A DNA stretch of 64,000 bases from Methanobacteriota archaeon (GTDB taxonomy: Archaea; Thermoplasmatota; Thermoplasmata; SG8-5; JAGLSY01), in NCBI GenBank assembly GCA_020696385.1, contig JAEHCQ010000001.1, positions 352,001 to 416,000 of the forward strand. Direction: 5' to 3'. The notes beneath the pieces were generated by a model. The model was given only the letters and a program-made list of their open reading frames with translations. It had not been told where the DNA came from and did not search any database. This document shows positions 10,088 to 22,452 of the stretch, in pieces; position 1 is the stretch's first letter; the number at the start of each line of letters is the position of its first letter. A program made the position numbers and the translations under genes.

Positions 10088-10633
10088 TTAGATAAACAGT
10101 GCCTGGGCTTCAATAATTTCTTTCGAATTATTTGCTTTCTCATACTCTTCCAGTGGCTCTCGATTCAGAGCCAGAAAAGTATCGCCAAATCTGAACTTGG
10201 CCAGTATCCTCTCTCCCTGTTCCCTGTGACCGAGTATTATGAGCGAAGCGGCAAAAGCCTCCACACTGGAAAGCATGAAAGGCTTTCCATAATTGACAGG
10301 ATTGGCGGCCAGCATATATGGAAGTGATCTTCCCTTGCTTTTTCTGCCCACCCTTGGAAAATCTTCTCCCGTGGCCTTCCAGGAAAGATCCAATACAGCT
10401 AACCCTGATCTTTCAGCCACTTCATGATCCTCTCTGGACAAGACCTTTTCAGCCGTGGGAACCAGGACAAGAGCAGACGATGGTACTTGAGATAATTTCT
10501 TAATATCAATGGCTAGATCAAACTTAGCCAGCTTCCTCCCAGTACATTTCTTTGGATCGCACTGCTTCCCATCGTAGAAAAATAATTTAACTTCATTAGC
10601 TGACGTGGTATCACTTCTTCCCAGGAGACTCAT
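10088..10633 (-). CDS. tsr3: SSU rRNA aminocarboxypropyltransferase Tsr3 (DUF367)
   Basis: QCDPKKCTGRKL, LDLSW, RSLPYMLAANPVNYGKP, LSSVEA; start uncertain. Confidence 0.92.
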   Translation of the reverse strand: MSLLGRSDTTSANEVKLFFYDGKQCDPKKCTGRKLAKFDLAIDIKKLSQVPSSALVLVPTAEKVLSREDHEVAERSGLAVLDLSWKATGEDFPRVGRKSKGRSLPYMLAANPVNYGKPFMLSSVEAFAASLIILGHREQGERILAKFRFGDTFLALNREPLEEYEKANNSKEIIEAQALFI

Positions 10634-10916
10634 TCTCCTTGAAGTTAGGGTGGAACATTTCAGTCTCGACATAGGTGTTCTGACTCTTGACCCTTGTAAG
10701 GATGGACAGTACATGGCCAGTGAGATTGATAGTACCGATAACCAACAAATACAGGCCGATCACCAGCTTCAACTGTTCCCATTCAATAGGATAAGAAATG
10801 ATAAAAATACCGAAGGCCAGTGTCATGATGGATGATGCTACACCTGTAATCCCTATCTTTTTGAAAACTTTGCTGAATGGTTCTTCGACGATCTTATCTT
10901 CTTTCACATTATCCAT
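10611..10916 (-). CDS. Small 2-TM membrane protein
   Basis: Two hydrophobic segments; ATG at 10916 after GGTGA. Confidence 0.65.
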   Translation of the reverse strand: MDNVKEDKIVEEPFSKVFKKIGITGVASSIMTLAFGIFIISYPIEWEQLKLVIGLYLLVIGTINLTGHVLSILTRVKSQNTYVETEMFHPNFKENESPGKK

Positions 10917-10986
10917 GTCTTTCACCAAACACCACAATAAAAATCAACCATAAAAACCCTTTTGTGCTGGTATCATTATGGGCACC

Positions 10987-11048
10987 TGCCTCGATGATGA
11001 TAAAAAACCATTCTGATATGTGATGAATGATGGGCGAACTGAGCGGCA
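10987..11048 (+). ncRNA. Archaeal box C/D 2'-O-methylation guide sRNA
   Basis: C box ATGATGA 10994-11000, 12-nt guide, D' CTGA 11013-11016, C' GTGATGA 11020-11026, 12-nt guide, D CTGA 11039-11042, terminal stem TGCC/GGCA; intergenic. Confidence 0.9.
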
Positions 11049-11203
11049 ATCAACTAATATCTCCATTAAGATTTATCCGAGATAGAAGTTGATTATCAAG
11101 GCCATATGCACAAATGCTCGAAACCCAGTACAGTGGTTTCGAGACTCTAAAATGAGAGAATAATGTGCATACGGCAGCCGACTATCAATTAAATGGTGAA
11201 AAT

Positions 11204-11992
11204 ATGAAAATGGTATCTTGGAATGTGAATGGGATCCGAGCAGTTTCCAAAAAAGAGATATTTGGCAGCACGGGGTTCAAGGACTGGCTGACCAATGATG
11301 GCCCAGATGTACTTTGCTTGCAGGAAACAAAGGCCTGGCCTGAGCAATTGAAAGATGATTTGTTGGAACCTACAGGTTATACATCTTACTGGAATCAGGC
11401 CGAGAAGAAAGGATACAGCGGCACGGTCATTTACACAAAAAAGAAACCTATTAACCACTATACTGGCATGTTCTCAGAGGACTATGATAAAGAAGGTCGA
11501 ATAGTAGCAACAGAATTCGATAATATCATATTGCTGAACATCTACTTTCCCAATGGCATGCAGAGCCCCGAGCGCCTGAAGTACAAGCTGGAATTCTATG
11601 ACACTTTCCTCGAGCACATAGATAATATCCGAAAAAAAGGGAAGAGCGTGATCTTCTGCGGAGACCTGAACACCGCCCACAATCCAATAGATCTGGCTCG
11701 CCCCAAGGAGAATGTGAATAATTCTGGTTTTCTACCCATCGAAAGAGAATGGATGGACAAGGTGGTGGAGCATGGTTACACGGATACATTCAGGCATCTT
11801 AGCGATGAGCCAGACATGTACTCATGGTGGGATTATAAGACCAGAGCAAGAGAGCGAAATGTGGGCTGGAGACTGGATTATTTCTGGGTATCCAATGACC
11901 TGTTACCCTTCCTGAAGAATGCTTTCATAATGACCGAGATAGTGGGAAGCGACCACTGTCCAGTGGGTATTGATATCGATATCGAACTCTGA
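11204..11992 (+). CDS. xth: Exodeoxyribonuclease III / AP endonuclease
   Basis: SWNVNG, LQETK, GDLNTAH, GWRLDY, SDHCP. Confidence 0.96.
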   Translation: MKMVSWNVNGIRAVSKKEIFGSTGFKDWLTNDGPDVLCLQETKAWPEQLKDDLLEPTGYTSYWNQAEKKGYSGTVIYTKKKPINHYTGMFSEDYDKEGRIVATEFDNIILLNIYFPNGMQSPERLKYKLEFYDTFLEHIDNIRKKGKSVIFCGDLNTAHNPIDLARPKENVNNSGFLPIEREWMDKVVEHGYTDTFRHLSDEPDMYSWWDYKTRARERNVGWRLDYFWVSNDLLPFLKNAFIMTEIVGSDHCPVGIDIDIEL

Positions 11993-12023
11993 TAGTATCT
12001 CTATTTAATAAAGATAGAAAATG

Positions 12024-12227
12024 CTATTCATTCGGCCAGTCAACAATTCGACTCCTGCATCTGTGACAAAGAGCCTGCTCCGCGTCATCTGTTTTGGGAT
12101 TCATTCTGCCACCGCATTTCGAGCACCATTCCTTCTCATCCCGCATTATGGCCACCTGATCACAAGCGTGCTCGAATTCCTGCATCTGCATGAATCGTCC
12201 GCAAAAGGGGCAGTAATTGTTCACCAT
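12024..12227 (-). CDS. Small Cys-rich zinc-finger protein
   Basis: CPFC, HAC, CSKC and CHRC in 67 aa; follows the DUF2156 gene. Confidence 0.65.
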   Translation of the reverse strand: MVNNYCPFCGRFMQMQEFEHACDQVAIMRDEKEWCSKCGGRMNPKTDDAEQALCHRCRSRIVDWPNE

Positions 12228-12244
12228 TGGATCGTCCTCGAGCT

Positions 12245-13147
12245 TTAATCTCCCACTCTAAGAATGAATTTCTCAACATGATGGTCTGGCTCGTACCTGT
12301 TCATGGCCCTACGAAGGCCAGTATCGCCAAGGTCCTGCTCCATATTGATCCATTCCACCTCGTCAGGTAATCTGGATATGAACTCCATATTCAGATACTG
12401 GTGCAATCCCGGGTATTTGTGATTGGCCTTTTCAGAGTGAACGACCGCCATATTGTCGCTCATTCTTTCGCCTATGGTGAATCCAGCCAGCTCATCGTCC
12501 ATATATACAACCCCGCCCATAAGTCCAAGATCTGAGAAATATTTCAAGGATTCCACAATAGCATAGGGTTCTTCAAGTAACTTTAGTTTGCCCAGGCACC
12601 ATCCTGGCTCACGCCAGTCTCTCAGACCAAGACAAGTATTAGCCAGATCCTTGTCCATATCAACGTATCTGCACCTTCCCTCGAATTTTTCCATGAATTT
12701 TCTGATGAGAAGGTTCCTGCTCTCATGCTTGGAGCTATTGGGATCTCCCAGGTTCGATGCTTTGTAAACATAGTCCCAATTCTTTCTATCTGGCTCGACA
12801 TTGTAACCTTCTTCCCTTAGTTGGCCAGCAAGAGGTTCGGTTATGGAATCTATCGCGAATTTTTCATTATTGTTCTCTGCTTTTTCTATCAGAGAAATGG
12901 TACTGGCCAGTACGTCCTTATGAGTGACGGGGGGATAATAGCTCAATTCACCCAATGGGCTCATTTCACTTATGACCAATGCGCCTTCCAGGTCGGAAAG
13001 TCCAAGGGCTCTGGTTCTCCTCCAGATGAACATATTGGCAAATGTGAGCTCTGATGCATGTGGCTGAGCATCTTTGAGGTATTCATTGACCATTTCCTTA
13101 TGATGCATACGCAGATATGTGAATTCAGGGAACTTCTTTATAGGCAT
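12245..13147 (-). CDS. DUF2156 / LPG-synthase C-terminal-like (GNAT-fold) protein
   Basis: SELTFANMFIW, WDYVY, VVHSEKAN, INMEQDLGDTGLR. Confidence 0.85.
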   Translation of the reverse strand: MPIKKFPEFTYLRMHHKEMVNEYLKDAQPHASELTFANMFIWRRTRALGLSDLEGALVISEMSPLGELSYYPPVTHKDVLASTISLIEKAENNNEKFAIDSITEPLAGQLREEGYNVEPDRKNWDYVYKASNLGDPNSSKHESRNLLIRKFMEKFEGRCRYVDMDKDLANTCLGLRDWREPGWCLGKLKLLEEPYAIVESLKYFSDLGLMGGVVYMDDELAGFTIGERMSDNMAVVHSEKANHKYPGLHQYLNMEFISRLPDEVEWINMEQDLGDTGLRRAMNRYEPDHHVEKFILRVGD

Positions 13148-13286
13148 ATTGATTCTTAATACAATTTTGTTATAAAAATGTGTCTTTTTATCAATTTTAA
13201 AAACAAAAGAAGCAATACCATTTTATCCACCATGTACATTGCCGATAGACTCGATATTTGAAGGTATATCGAAGGAGGAAATATGT

Positions 13287-14486
13287 ATGGTATCATCTGA
13301 AGAATGCATGAAAATGGAATCGACCTATGGAGCGCACAATTATCACCCTATCCCAGTGGTTATCTCAAGGGCCGAAGGCCTGTATGTTTGGGATCCAGAG
13401 GGAAAAAGGTACATGGACATGCTATCCTGCTATTCCGCACTCAATCAAGGCCACCGCAACCCGAAGATAATCAAGGCCGCCATCGACCAGATGGAAAAGT
13501 TAACATTAACAAGCCGAGCATTCTACAATGACCAGCTCGGACCATTCCTCAAGAAGATTACCGAAATATCCGACATGGAGATGGCTCTCCCCATGAACAC
13601 CGGGGCAGAGGCTGTTGAAACTGGCATAAAACTCGCCCGCAGATGGGCATACAGGAAGAAAGGTGTGCCAGCGGATAAGGCAGAGATAATCGTCTGCGAG
13701 GATAATTTCCATGGAAGGACAACCACGATAGCTGGCTTCTCTTCAGATCCAGATACATATGATGATTTCGGACCATTCACACCGGGCTTCAAGGCAGTGC
13801 CTTACGGTGACGCTGAGGCACTGGAGGCCGCCATCACGCCAAACACAGCCGCCTTCATTGTGGAGCCGATCCAGGGCGAAGCTGGTGTGGTCGTACCACC
13901 AGCTGGCTATCTGAAAGAGGTCAGGGAAATATGCACACGCCACAATGTCCTCATGATAGCTGATGAGATCCAGACTGGACTATGCAGAACTGGGAAAATG
14001 TTCTGCTTCCAGCACGATGATATCAAGCCAGATGTCGTATTCCTGGCAAAAGCACTGGGTGGGGGCATAATGCCAATATCCGTTGTTCTAAGTTCGAAAG
14101 AAATTATGTCGGTCTTCACACCCGGAAGCCATGGTTCCACCTTTGGCGGAAACCCACTGGCATGCGCGGTCGCAATGGCTTCTCTGGATGTTCTTATCGA
14201 TGAAAAACTGGATGTCCGAGCGCAGGAAATGGGCGGCTACTTCATGCAGGAGCTGGAGAACCTTAACAGCCCGTTGATAAAACTGGTAAGGGGAAAGGGC
14301 CTGCTCATCGCCATCGAGCTAACACCAGAAGCTGGACCAGCAAGGAAATACACAGAAGGCTTGATGAAGAACGGCCTGCTGGCCAAGGAAACACATTCAA
14401 CGATAATCAGGTTCGCGCCAAGTCTGCTCATAACCAAAGAGCAGGTGGATGATGCTATTGTGATAATCAAGGGTGTTTTTGTTTAG
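13287..14486 (+). CDS. rocD: Ornithine aminotransferase
   Basis: GAHNYHP, YSALNQGH, DEIQTG, HGSTFGGNPL. Confidence 0.95.
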   Translation: MVSSEECMKMESTYGAHNYHPIPVVISRAEGLYVWDPEGKRYMDMLSCYSALNQGHRNPKIIKAAIDQMEKLTLTSRAFYNDQLGPFLKKITEISDMEMALPMNTGAEAVETGIKLARRWAYRKKGVPADKAEIIVCEDNFHGRTTTIAGFSSDPDTYDDFGPFTPGFKAVPYGDAEALEAAITPNTAAFIVEPIQGEAGVVVPPAGYLKEVREICTRHNVLMIADEIQTGLCRTGKMFCFQHDDIKPDVVFLAKALGGGIMPISVVLSSKEIMSVFTPGSHGSTFGGNPLACAVAMASLDVLIDEKLDVRAQEMGGYFMQELENLNSPLIKLVRGKGLLIAIELTPEAGPARKYTEGLMKNGLLAKETHSTIIRFAPSLLITKEQVDDAIVIIKGVFV

Positions 14487-14525
14487 TGATATATGATCAT
14501 TTAAACAAAAGTAAAGCGAGCCAGA

Positions 14526-17093
14526 TCACTCTTCATCATCTGGCTCTATCTCTTCTTCCAGCCCGCTGAGTTCCGCATCACTTATCACGTGCTGCGGTTT
14601 CTTCTCCGCGTGCTCGGCCTCTTCAATGGCTTCTTCCACTTCTTCAGGAGCCACAAGCCTCGTCACACTGCATACTTTATCATCTTTCTTCTTCAGGCGC
14701 ATGATCTTCACTCCCTGGGTCGCCCTGCTGATGATCCTAATATCTTTAACTGGTGTGCGTATGACCATGCCGCTTTCTGAAGTTACGATAAGCTCGTGCT
14801 CATCCGTAACTTCCCTGACGGTGACAACCTCTCCGTTCCTTTCGGAAGTTCGGATGTTTATCACACCTTTGGCACCGCGCTTGGTCTTCCTGTAATCCGA
14901 GACATTGGATCGCTTTCCGTATCCGTTCTCCGTAACTGTCAAGAGAACGCTCTCTTCATCCACGACGGCCATTGAAACGACCTCGTCGTCGCCCACCAGC
15001 GTCATTCCCTTTACACCGATGGAATGCCTGGATACTGTTCTGACGAGAGATTCTTCAAACCTCACAGCCTGGCCTTTTCTGGAGGCCAGGATAATTTCTT
15101 TGGAACCATCGGTCATAGCCACTCGAACCAACTCATCATCCTCTCTTAGCTTGACAGCCCAGATACCAGTTACTCTAGGTCTCTTGTAAGCTGAAAGCTT
15201 CGTCTTCTTGATGATACCTTTCTTGGTGGAGAATATCAGGAAATGATCCTCATCGAAATCCTTGACCGGGATGGCTGTCTGGACATACTCATCGTCTTCC
15301 AACCGTGGAAGAATATTGACTATGGCCTTGCCCTTCGCATGACGACCTCCTATCGGTATTCTATAACCCTTGAGCCAGTGCACTCTTCCTTTATTTGTGA
15401 AGAAGAGCATGAAATTGTGAGTTGTCGTGACATACATATCTGTTATGATGTCCTCTTCCTTGGTCTCCATACCTATGAGGCCGACACCTCCACGGCGCTG
15501 TTGCTTGTATGTGTCTAATGTAAGTCTCTTAATATAACCGGTCTGGGTCATGGAGATGACGATATCCTCTTCTGGGATCAGATCCTCAATATCCATGTCA
15601 TCCGCATGCACGATAATATCTGTCTTACGCTCATCACCGTATCTTTCTTTTAACTCGGCCAGCTCTTCCTTGATGATCCTCATGACGCGCTCTGGTGTCT
15701 CAAGGATATTTGTAAGGTCGGCAATGACATTCAACAGAGCGGAGTATTCGTCCTTCACGCCTTGTCTCTCCATGTTGGTAAGTTTCTGAAGCCTCATGTC
15801 AAGGATGGCTTTCACTTGTTCAAGTGAAAGCATGAAATTGCCCATGAGCCCTTCTCTGGCTTCTTCCGCGGTCTTGGATTTTCTGATAATACTGATGACA
15901 GCATCGATATTATCAAGAGCGACTATCAGTCCCTCAAGTATGTGAGCTCTGGCCTTTGCCTTGCTCAGGTCATATTCGGTCCTGCGAACTACAATTATTT
16001 TTCTGTGATTCACCCAGTGTTCCAGCATGACCTTGAGGTTCATGACCTTTGGCTCATTGTCCACAAGAGCCAAGTTGATGATACCGAAGGTCGTCTGCAT
16101 CTGCGTGTGCTTGTAAAGGATATTGAGAACAACTTCCTCCATCGTGCCTCTCTTGAGCTCGATGACGATCCTCATTCCCTTCCTGTCACTCTCATCCCTG
16201 AGGTCGACGATTCCCTCGACCTTCTTGTTCTTCACAAGATCCGCGATATTCTCGATGAGCCTGGATTTATTAACTTGATATGGAATTTCTGTGACGATGA
16301 TCCGGCTCTTGCCATTGTCCATTTCCTCAATGTGACTTTTAGCCCTTATCCTTACACGCCCTCGGCCAGTGTTGTAAGCTTCGATTATGCCCATCATCCC
16401 GTATATGGTCCCGCCAGTTGGGAAATCCGGGGCCTGGATGAATTCCATCAGATCCGCAATTTCGGCATCTGGATTGTCTATAAGGAAAATAAGGCCATCC
16501 ACCACTTCTGATAGATTATGTGGTGGGATATTGGTCGCCATTCCGACCGCTATTCCTGATGATCCATTGATTATGAGATTTGGAAGTCTGGAAGGCAAAA
16601 CTGTTGGTTCCTGAAGACTGCCGTCGAAATTGTCCACGAATTCCACGGTTTCTTTATCAATATCGGCCAGCATTTCCTCCGCTGTCCGTCTCATACGACA
16701 TTCTGTATAACGCATGGCCGCCGCGCTGTCGCCGTCCACGCTACCGAAATTACCCTGGCCATCTACCAGCATGTACCTTAGTGAAAAGGGCTGGGCCATT
16801 CTGACCAATGTGCCGTAAAGTGCCTGGTCACCATGAGGATGATACTTACCAAGAACGTCACCGACAACACGGACAGACTTCTTGAAGGGGCGGTTATGTC
16901 CGAGTCCAAGTTCATTCATACCGTGCAGTAATCTACGGTGTGCTGGCTTCAATCCATCCCTAACATCCGGAAGAGCTCGTCCGACTATGACACTCATCGC
17001 ATAGTCGATATAACATTTCTTCATCTCGTCCTCTATGGGCTTCGGGATCTCACGCCTTCCCAGGGTTTCCTCATTTATTTCCATATCTACCAT
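14526..17093 (-). CDS. gyrA: DNA gyrase subunit A
   Basis: [15 protein letters not shown] catalytic Tyr, GyrA-box QRRGGVG, acidic tail. Confidence 0.98.
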   Translation of the reverse strand: MVDMEINEETLGRREIPKPIEDEMKKCYIDYAMSVIVGRALPDVRDGLKPAHRRLLHGMNELGLGHNRPFKKSVRVVGDVLGKYHPHGDQALYGTLVRMAQPFSLRYMLVDGQGNFGSVDGDSAAAMRYTECRMRRTAEEMLADIDKETVEFVDNFDGSLQEPTVLPSRLPNLIINGSSGIAVGMATNIPPHNLSEVVDGLIFLIDNPDAEIADLMEFIQAPDFPTGGTIYGMMGIIEAYNTGRGRVRIRAKSHIEEMDNGKSRIIVTEIPYQVNKSRLIENIADLVKNKKVEGIVDLRDESDRKGMRIVIELKRGTMEEVVLNILYKHTQMQTTFGIINLALVDNEPKVMNLKVMLEHWVNHRKIIVVRRTEYDLSKAKARAHILEGLIVALDNIDAVISIIRKSKTAEEAREGLMGNFMLSLEQVKAILDMRLQKLTNMERQGVKDEYSALLNVIADLTNILETPERVMRIIKEELAELKERYGDERKTDIIVHADDMDIEDLIPEEDIVISMTQTGYIKRLTLDTYKQQRRGGVGLIGMETKEEDIITDMYVTTTHNFMLFFTNKGRVHWLKGYRIPIGGRHAKGKAIVNILPRLEDDEYVQTAIPVKDFDEDHFLIFSTKKGIIKKTKLSAYKRPRVTGIWAVKLREDDELVRVAMTDGSKEIILASRKGQAVRFEESLVRTVSRHSIGVKGMTLVGDDEVVSMAVVDEESVLLTVTENGYGKRSNVSDYRKTKRGAKGVINIRTSERNGEVVTVREVTDEHELIVTSESGMVIRTPVKDIRIISRATQGVKIMRLKKKDDKVCSVTRLVAPEEVEEAIEEAEHAEKKPQHVISDAELSGLEEEIEPDDEE

Positions 17094-17111
17094 CTACAAT
17101 CACCCCTTGAT

Positions 17112-19211
<2,100 letters not shown>

Positions 19212-19337
19212 TTATTACACCATCTAGAATTCTAACATTATCCTAACTTACGCTGCCTATTCTGTCAAAACCTTTATGAAGGATATTACCTTTTACCACT
19301 ATGGATTAAATCAAATTGGGATCGGCGAGGATTGATA

Positions 19338-19697
19338 ATGGCAAATATTTCACAGATAGAAGATGCACTTCATTCGATAAAGAAAAGTGAAGGAGTTATG
19401 GATGCTGTAATGGTATCCCGTAGTGGTATGCATATTGCAGGTGATGTTCCATCTGGAGTACACACAGAAACATTCGTCGCCATGTCTGCTATTTTACTAG
19501 GAGCGGCTGAAACCTCGACTTCCGAGCTCAGAGATAAACTGAAGCTGGTGACCATAAATCTTGAACATTCTACAATATTCATCAATACCATCAGCAACAG
19601 GGGGATATTGGTTCTGAGATCCAAAACAGAAGTTACCAGAGATCAGATCGTGGATATAATCAATACCCATGCCAGTAAGATCGAATCAAATCTTTGA
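19338..19697 (+). CDS. Roadblock/LC7 (MglB-like) domain protein
   Basis: GVMDAVMVSRSG...FVAMSAILLGAAE pattern, about 119 aa. Confidence 0.88.
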   Translation: MANISQIEDALHSIKKSEGVMDAVMVSRSGMHIAGDVPSGVHTETFVAMSAILLGAAETSTSELRDKLKLVTINLEHSTIFINTISNRGILVLRSKTEVTRDQIVDIINTHASKIESNL

Positions 19698-19776
19698 TCT
19701 TTCTTTCATGCTCTTTATAGGTATTCTACCTTATTAGTGATAATGCACAGGAAATGAATGAATATAGATCAAATAT

Positions 19777-21960
19777 TCACTTTACCTTCGAGCCTGGTTC
19801 CATATCCTTATCTGGAACTATGCCAGAGGTTTCTGTTCTCAGGAGAAGCTCGGAGCCATCACTGATTATGACTGCTTTATTATCCTCTCCTATTCTAAGG
19901 ATGAACTTCTGAAACTCTGGGAAGCTTATCATCTTCTCGCCATTGGCTCCCAATATCCTGTCACCAGGTTTTGCATCACCATCCGGCATCAATATGGATA
20001 CCTTTTCCTCATCACTTGCGGCCAGGAGCATGCACTGTGATTCAATTCCTCTCAGCTTTGCTGGCTTCAGATTACAGACAACCGTGATGACCTTCCCCTC
20101 CAGCTCTTCCTTGGAGTAGTGTTCTTTGAGGCCAGCCACCAATTGTCTTTCTTCATCTCCAAGGTCGATTATCATGACAATGAGCTTGTCCGCATCCGGG
20201 TGGTCATGGACCTCGGCGATCCTTCCAATTCTCAGATCCAGCTTCTTCAATTCATCTGCTGGATTCACGGTCTCTGGTTCTGGCTCTGCCGGTGTCTCAA
20301 TATCATTGGTCATATCAATTTCCTCCAGTTTTTTGAACAGTGGCTCTGGCTTTTCAAGCTCCACTCCCGATATCGGGGGCTCCATGGTCTGTTCCCACTT
20401 TGCCTCAAGGACCTCTCCTTCCTCACCAAGGGATTCCCACAGTCTCTGGGATGAGAAGGGCATGAAGGGTGCCATGATGACAGCCAGTGCTTTTGATATT
20501 CTTAGTGAAGTGTGAAGTGTTATGGCACATTTGTCCCTATCCTGTTTCAACTCCGCCCATGGTGCTTTCGTGTCAATGTACTGGTTGCCATAACGTGCCA
20601 GTTCCATCGCTCGCTTGATAGCTCTCTTGAACTCGCATTTGTCCAGGTGCTCGGCAACATCATGGGCCACTTTTTTGATCTCCTCGATCGCTTCATTGTC
20701 AGGGATACCCAATAAACCAGGCCTTTCAGGTATTTGGCCAAAGTTCTTCTGCGTGAAGCTCAGGGTCCTGTGAACGAAGTTCCCATAGGTCGCCACAAGT
20801 TCGTTATTGTTCCTCGTCCTGAAATCATCCCATGTGAAATCAGTGTCTCGGTTCTCAGGCATGATGGAGGTCATGTAATACCTCATGGCATCCGGGTCAT
20901 ATTGATCCAAGATGTCCTTTATCGAGAATGACACCCCGCGGGATTTGGAGAATTGCTGGCCCTCGAACCTCAAGAGAGCATTGCCTGGAACATCATAGGG
21001 TAGATTGAGCTCTCGATCAAAGGAGCGGAGAACTGCTGGCCAAAATATTGTGTGAAATGGGATATTGTCCTTTCCGAGGAAGTAATAATGACGGCATTCC
21101 GGGTTCTTCCAGAAGCTGTCAAGCTTTTGTTGATCGACCTGGCCATTCTCATCCATCGCCCATTTGACAGCCATCGTGTAATAGCCCATAAAAGCCTCAA
21201 ACCAGACATAGATGCGCTTATCATCGTGCCCGTCAAAAGGAATTTTGATACCATAGGTGGTGTCGCGGGTGACTGGCCTGTCTTTTAATCCGCCTTCTAT
21301 GAACATTCTGGAGAAATTGAGAACATGAGGTCGCCAGTAGTCCTTATCTGACATCCATTCCTTCAGTTCTTGCTCAAGGGCACTCAGCTTGAAGAAGAAA
21401 TGACTGCGTGTCACGAACTTCGGCTCCGAGCCACAGGTCGTGCATCTGAGAGATATCAGCATATCAGGATCCATCAGCTTTCCGCATTCCTCGCACTGAT
21501 CTCCCCTAGCATTCTCAAAATGGCAAAAGGGGCATTCGCCCTCCACATATCTATCTGGCAGGGTCCGGTCGCATTCGCCGCAATAGGGAAGTTCCATCTC
21601 TTTCTCATATAGATAGCCATTCTCGTGAATGGTCTTGAACAAATGGCTGACAGTTTCAATATGAACTGGATCCTCGGTACTGTGGAATTCGTCGAACTCT
21701 ATCCCGAAGTCCTTGAGAGCCTTGTCATTCATGGTGTGGTATTTCTGGGCTAGTTCCTCTGGCTTGATGCCCTCCTTCTCGGCTCCGACCGTGACTGGGG
21801 TACCGTGCATGTCCGAGCCAGACACCATCAGGACCTCATTACCTCTCATGATGTGGAACTTGCGGAATATGTCTGGGGGAAGATTGCATCCTGCCATGTG
21901 GCCAACATGAATAGGCCCATTTGCATAGGGCCAGGCCACTCCAATGAATATCTTGTCCAT
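19777..21960 (-). CDS. metG: Methionine--tRNA ligase with C-terminal tRNA-binding OB domain
   Basis: PYANGPIHVGH, Zn knuckles, GKDNIPFH, QFSKSRG, DLRIG...HPDADKL. Confidence 0.98.
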   Translation of the reverse strand: MDKIFIGVAWPYANGPIHVGHMAGCNLPPDIFRKFHIMRGNEVLMVSGSDMHGTPVTVGAEKEGIKPEELAQKYHTMNDKALKDFGIEFDEFHSTEDPVHIETVSHLFKTIHENGYLYEKEMELPYCGECDRTLPDRYVEGECPFCHFENARGDQCEECGKLMDPDMLISLRCTTCGSEPKFVTRSHFFFKLSALEQELKEWMSDKDYWRPHVLNFSRMFIEGGLKDRPVTRDTTYGIKIPFDGHDDKRIYVWFEAFMGYYTMAVKWAMDENGQVDQQKLDSFWKNPECRHYYFLGKDNIPFHTIFWPAVLRSFDRELNLPYDVPGNALLRFEGQQFSKSRGVSFSIKDILDQYDPDAMRYYMTSIMPENRDTDFTWDDFRTRNNNELVATYGNFVHRTLSFTQKNFGQIPERPGLLGIPDNEAIEEIKKVAHDVAEHLDKCEFKRAIKRAMELARYGNQYIDTKAPWAELKQDRDKCAITLHTSLRISKALAVIMAPFMPFSSQRLWESLGEEGEVLEAKWEQTMEPPISGVELEKPEPLFKKLEEIDMTNDIETPAEPEPETVNPADELKKLDLRIGRIAEVHDHPDADKLIVMIIDLGDEERQLVAGLKEHYSKEELEGKVITVVCNLKPAKLRGIESQCMLLAASDEEKVSILMPDGDAKPGDRILGANGEKMISFPEFQKFILRIGEDNKAVIISDGSELLLRTETSGIVPDKDMEPGSKVK

Positions 21961-22037
21961 TCTAAGCACCTCTGATTATACAGGCTGATACAGATATAGG
22001 ATTTATAATTTTATGAGTATAGAAAGTCTTTGATTTG

Positions 22038-22061
22038 AATAAAATAGTATGAGGGCCGGGA
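22038..22061 (-). repeat. Duplicate of the tRNA-His 3' end and trailer (23/24 identical to 22204-22227)
   Basis: AATAAAATAGTATGAGGGCCGGGA vs AATAAAATGGTATGAGGGCCGGGA, offset 166 nt. Confidence 0.85.
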
Positions 22062-22219
22062 TGGGAAAAATGAGGTCTATTCGACGTATATTCTCATTTT
22101 TCACGCCAGCCCAATTCTGAATTAATTAAAGTACTGGCTAAGAATTGGGCGTATATATTCGATGTCTCATATTGTTTTATGAGTATGATAACTAATTGAC
22201 GAAAATAAAATGGTATGAG

Positions 22220-22292
22220 GGCCGGGACCGAGAATTGAACCCGGGACGGGGGCTCCACAGGCCCCTAGGATAACCACTACCCCACCCCGGCC
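22220..22292 (-). tRNA. tRNA-His(GUG); G-1 encoded, CCA not encoded
   Basis: Cloverleaf: GCCGGGG/TCCCGGC acceptor, GGGGC-CTGTGGA-GCCCC anticodon arm, TTCAATT T-loop, C73. Confidence 0.96.
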
Positions 22293-22452
22293 ATACTGTG
22301 CGATTGATTACTTATTGTGGGAACGTGGAAGACCTACAAACATGACATTATATAAAAATTTAGCAGGATACATATCCAAAATGAGTATTTATTGGATTCA
22401 ATTTAATATTAGGGAGCTATCATTTATATCGGTAAAGTGCATTTCCTCCAGT

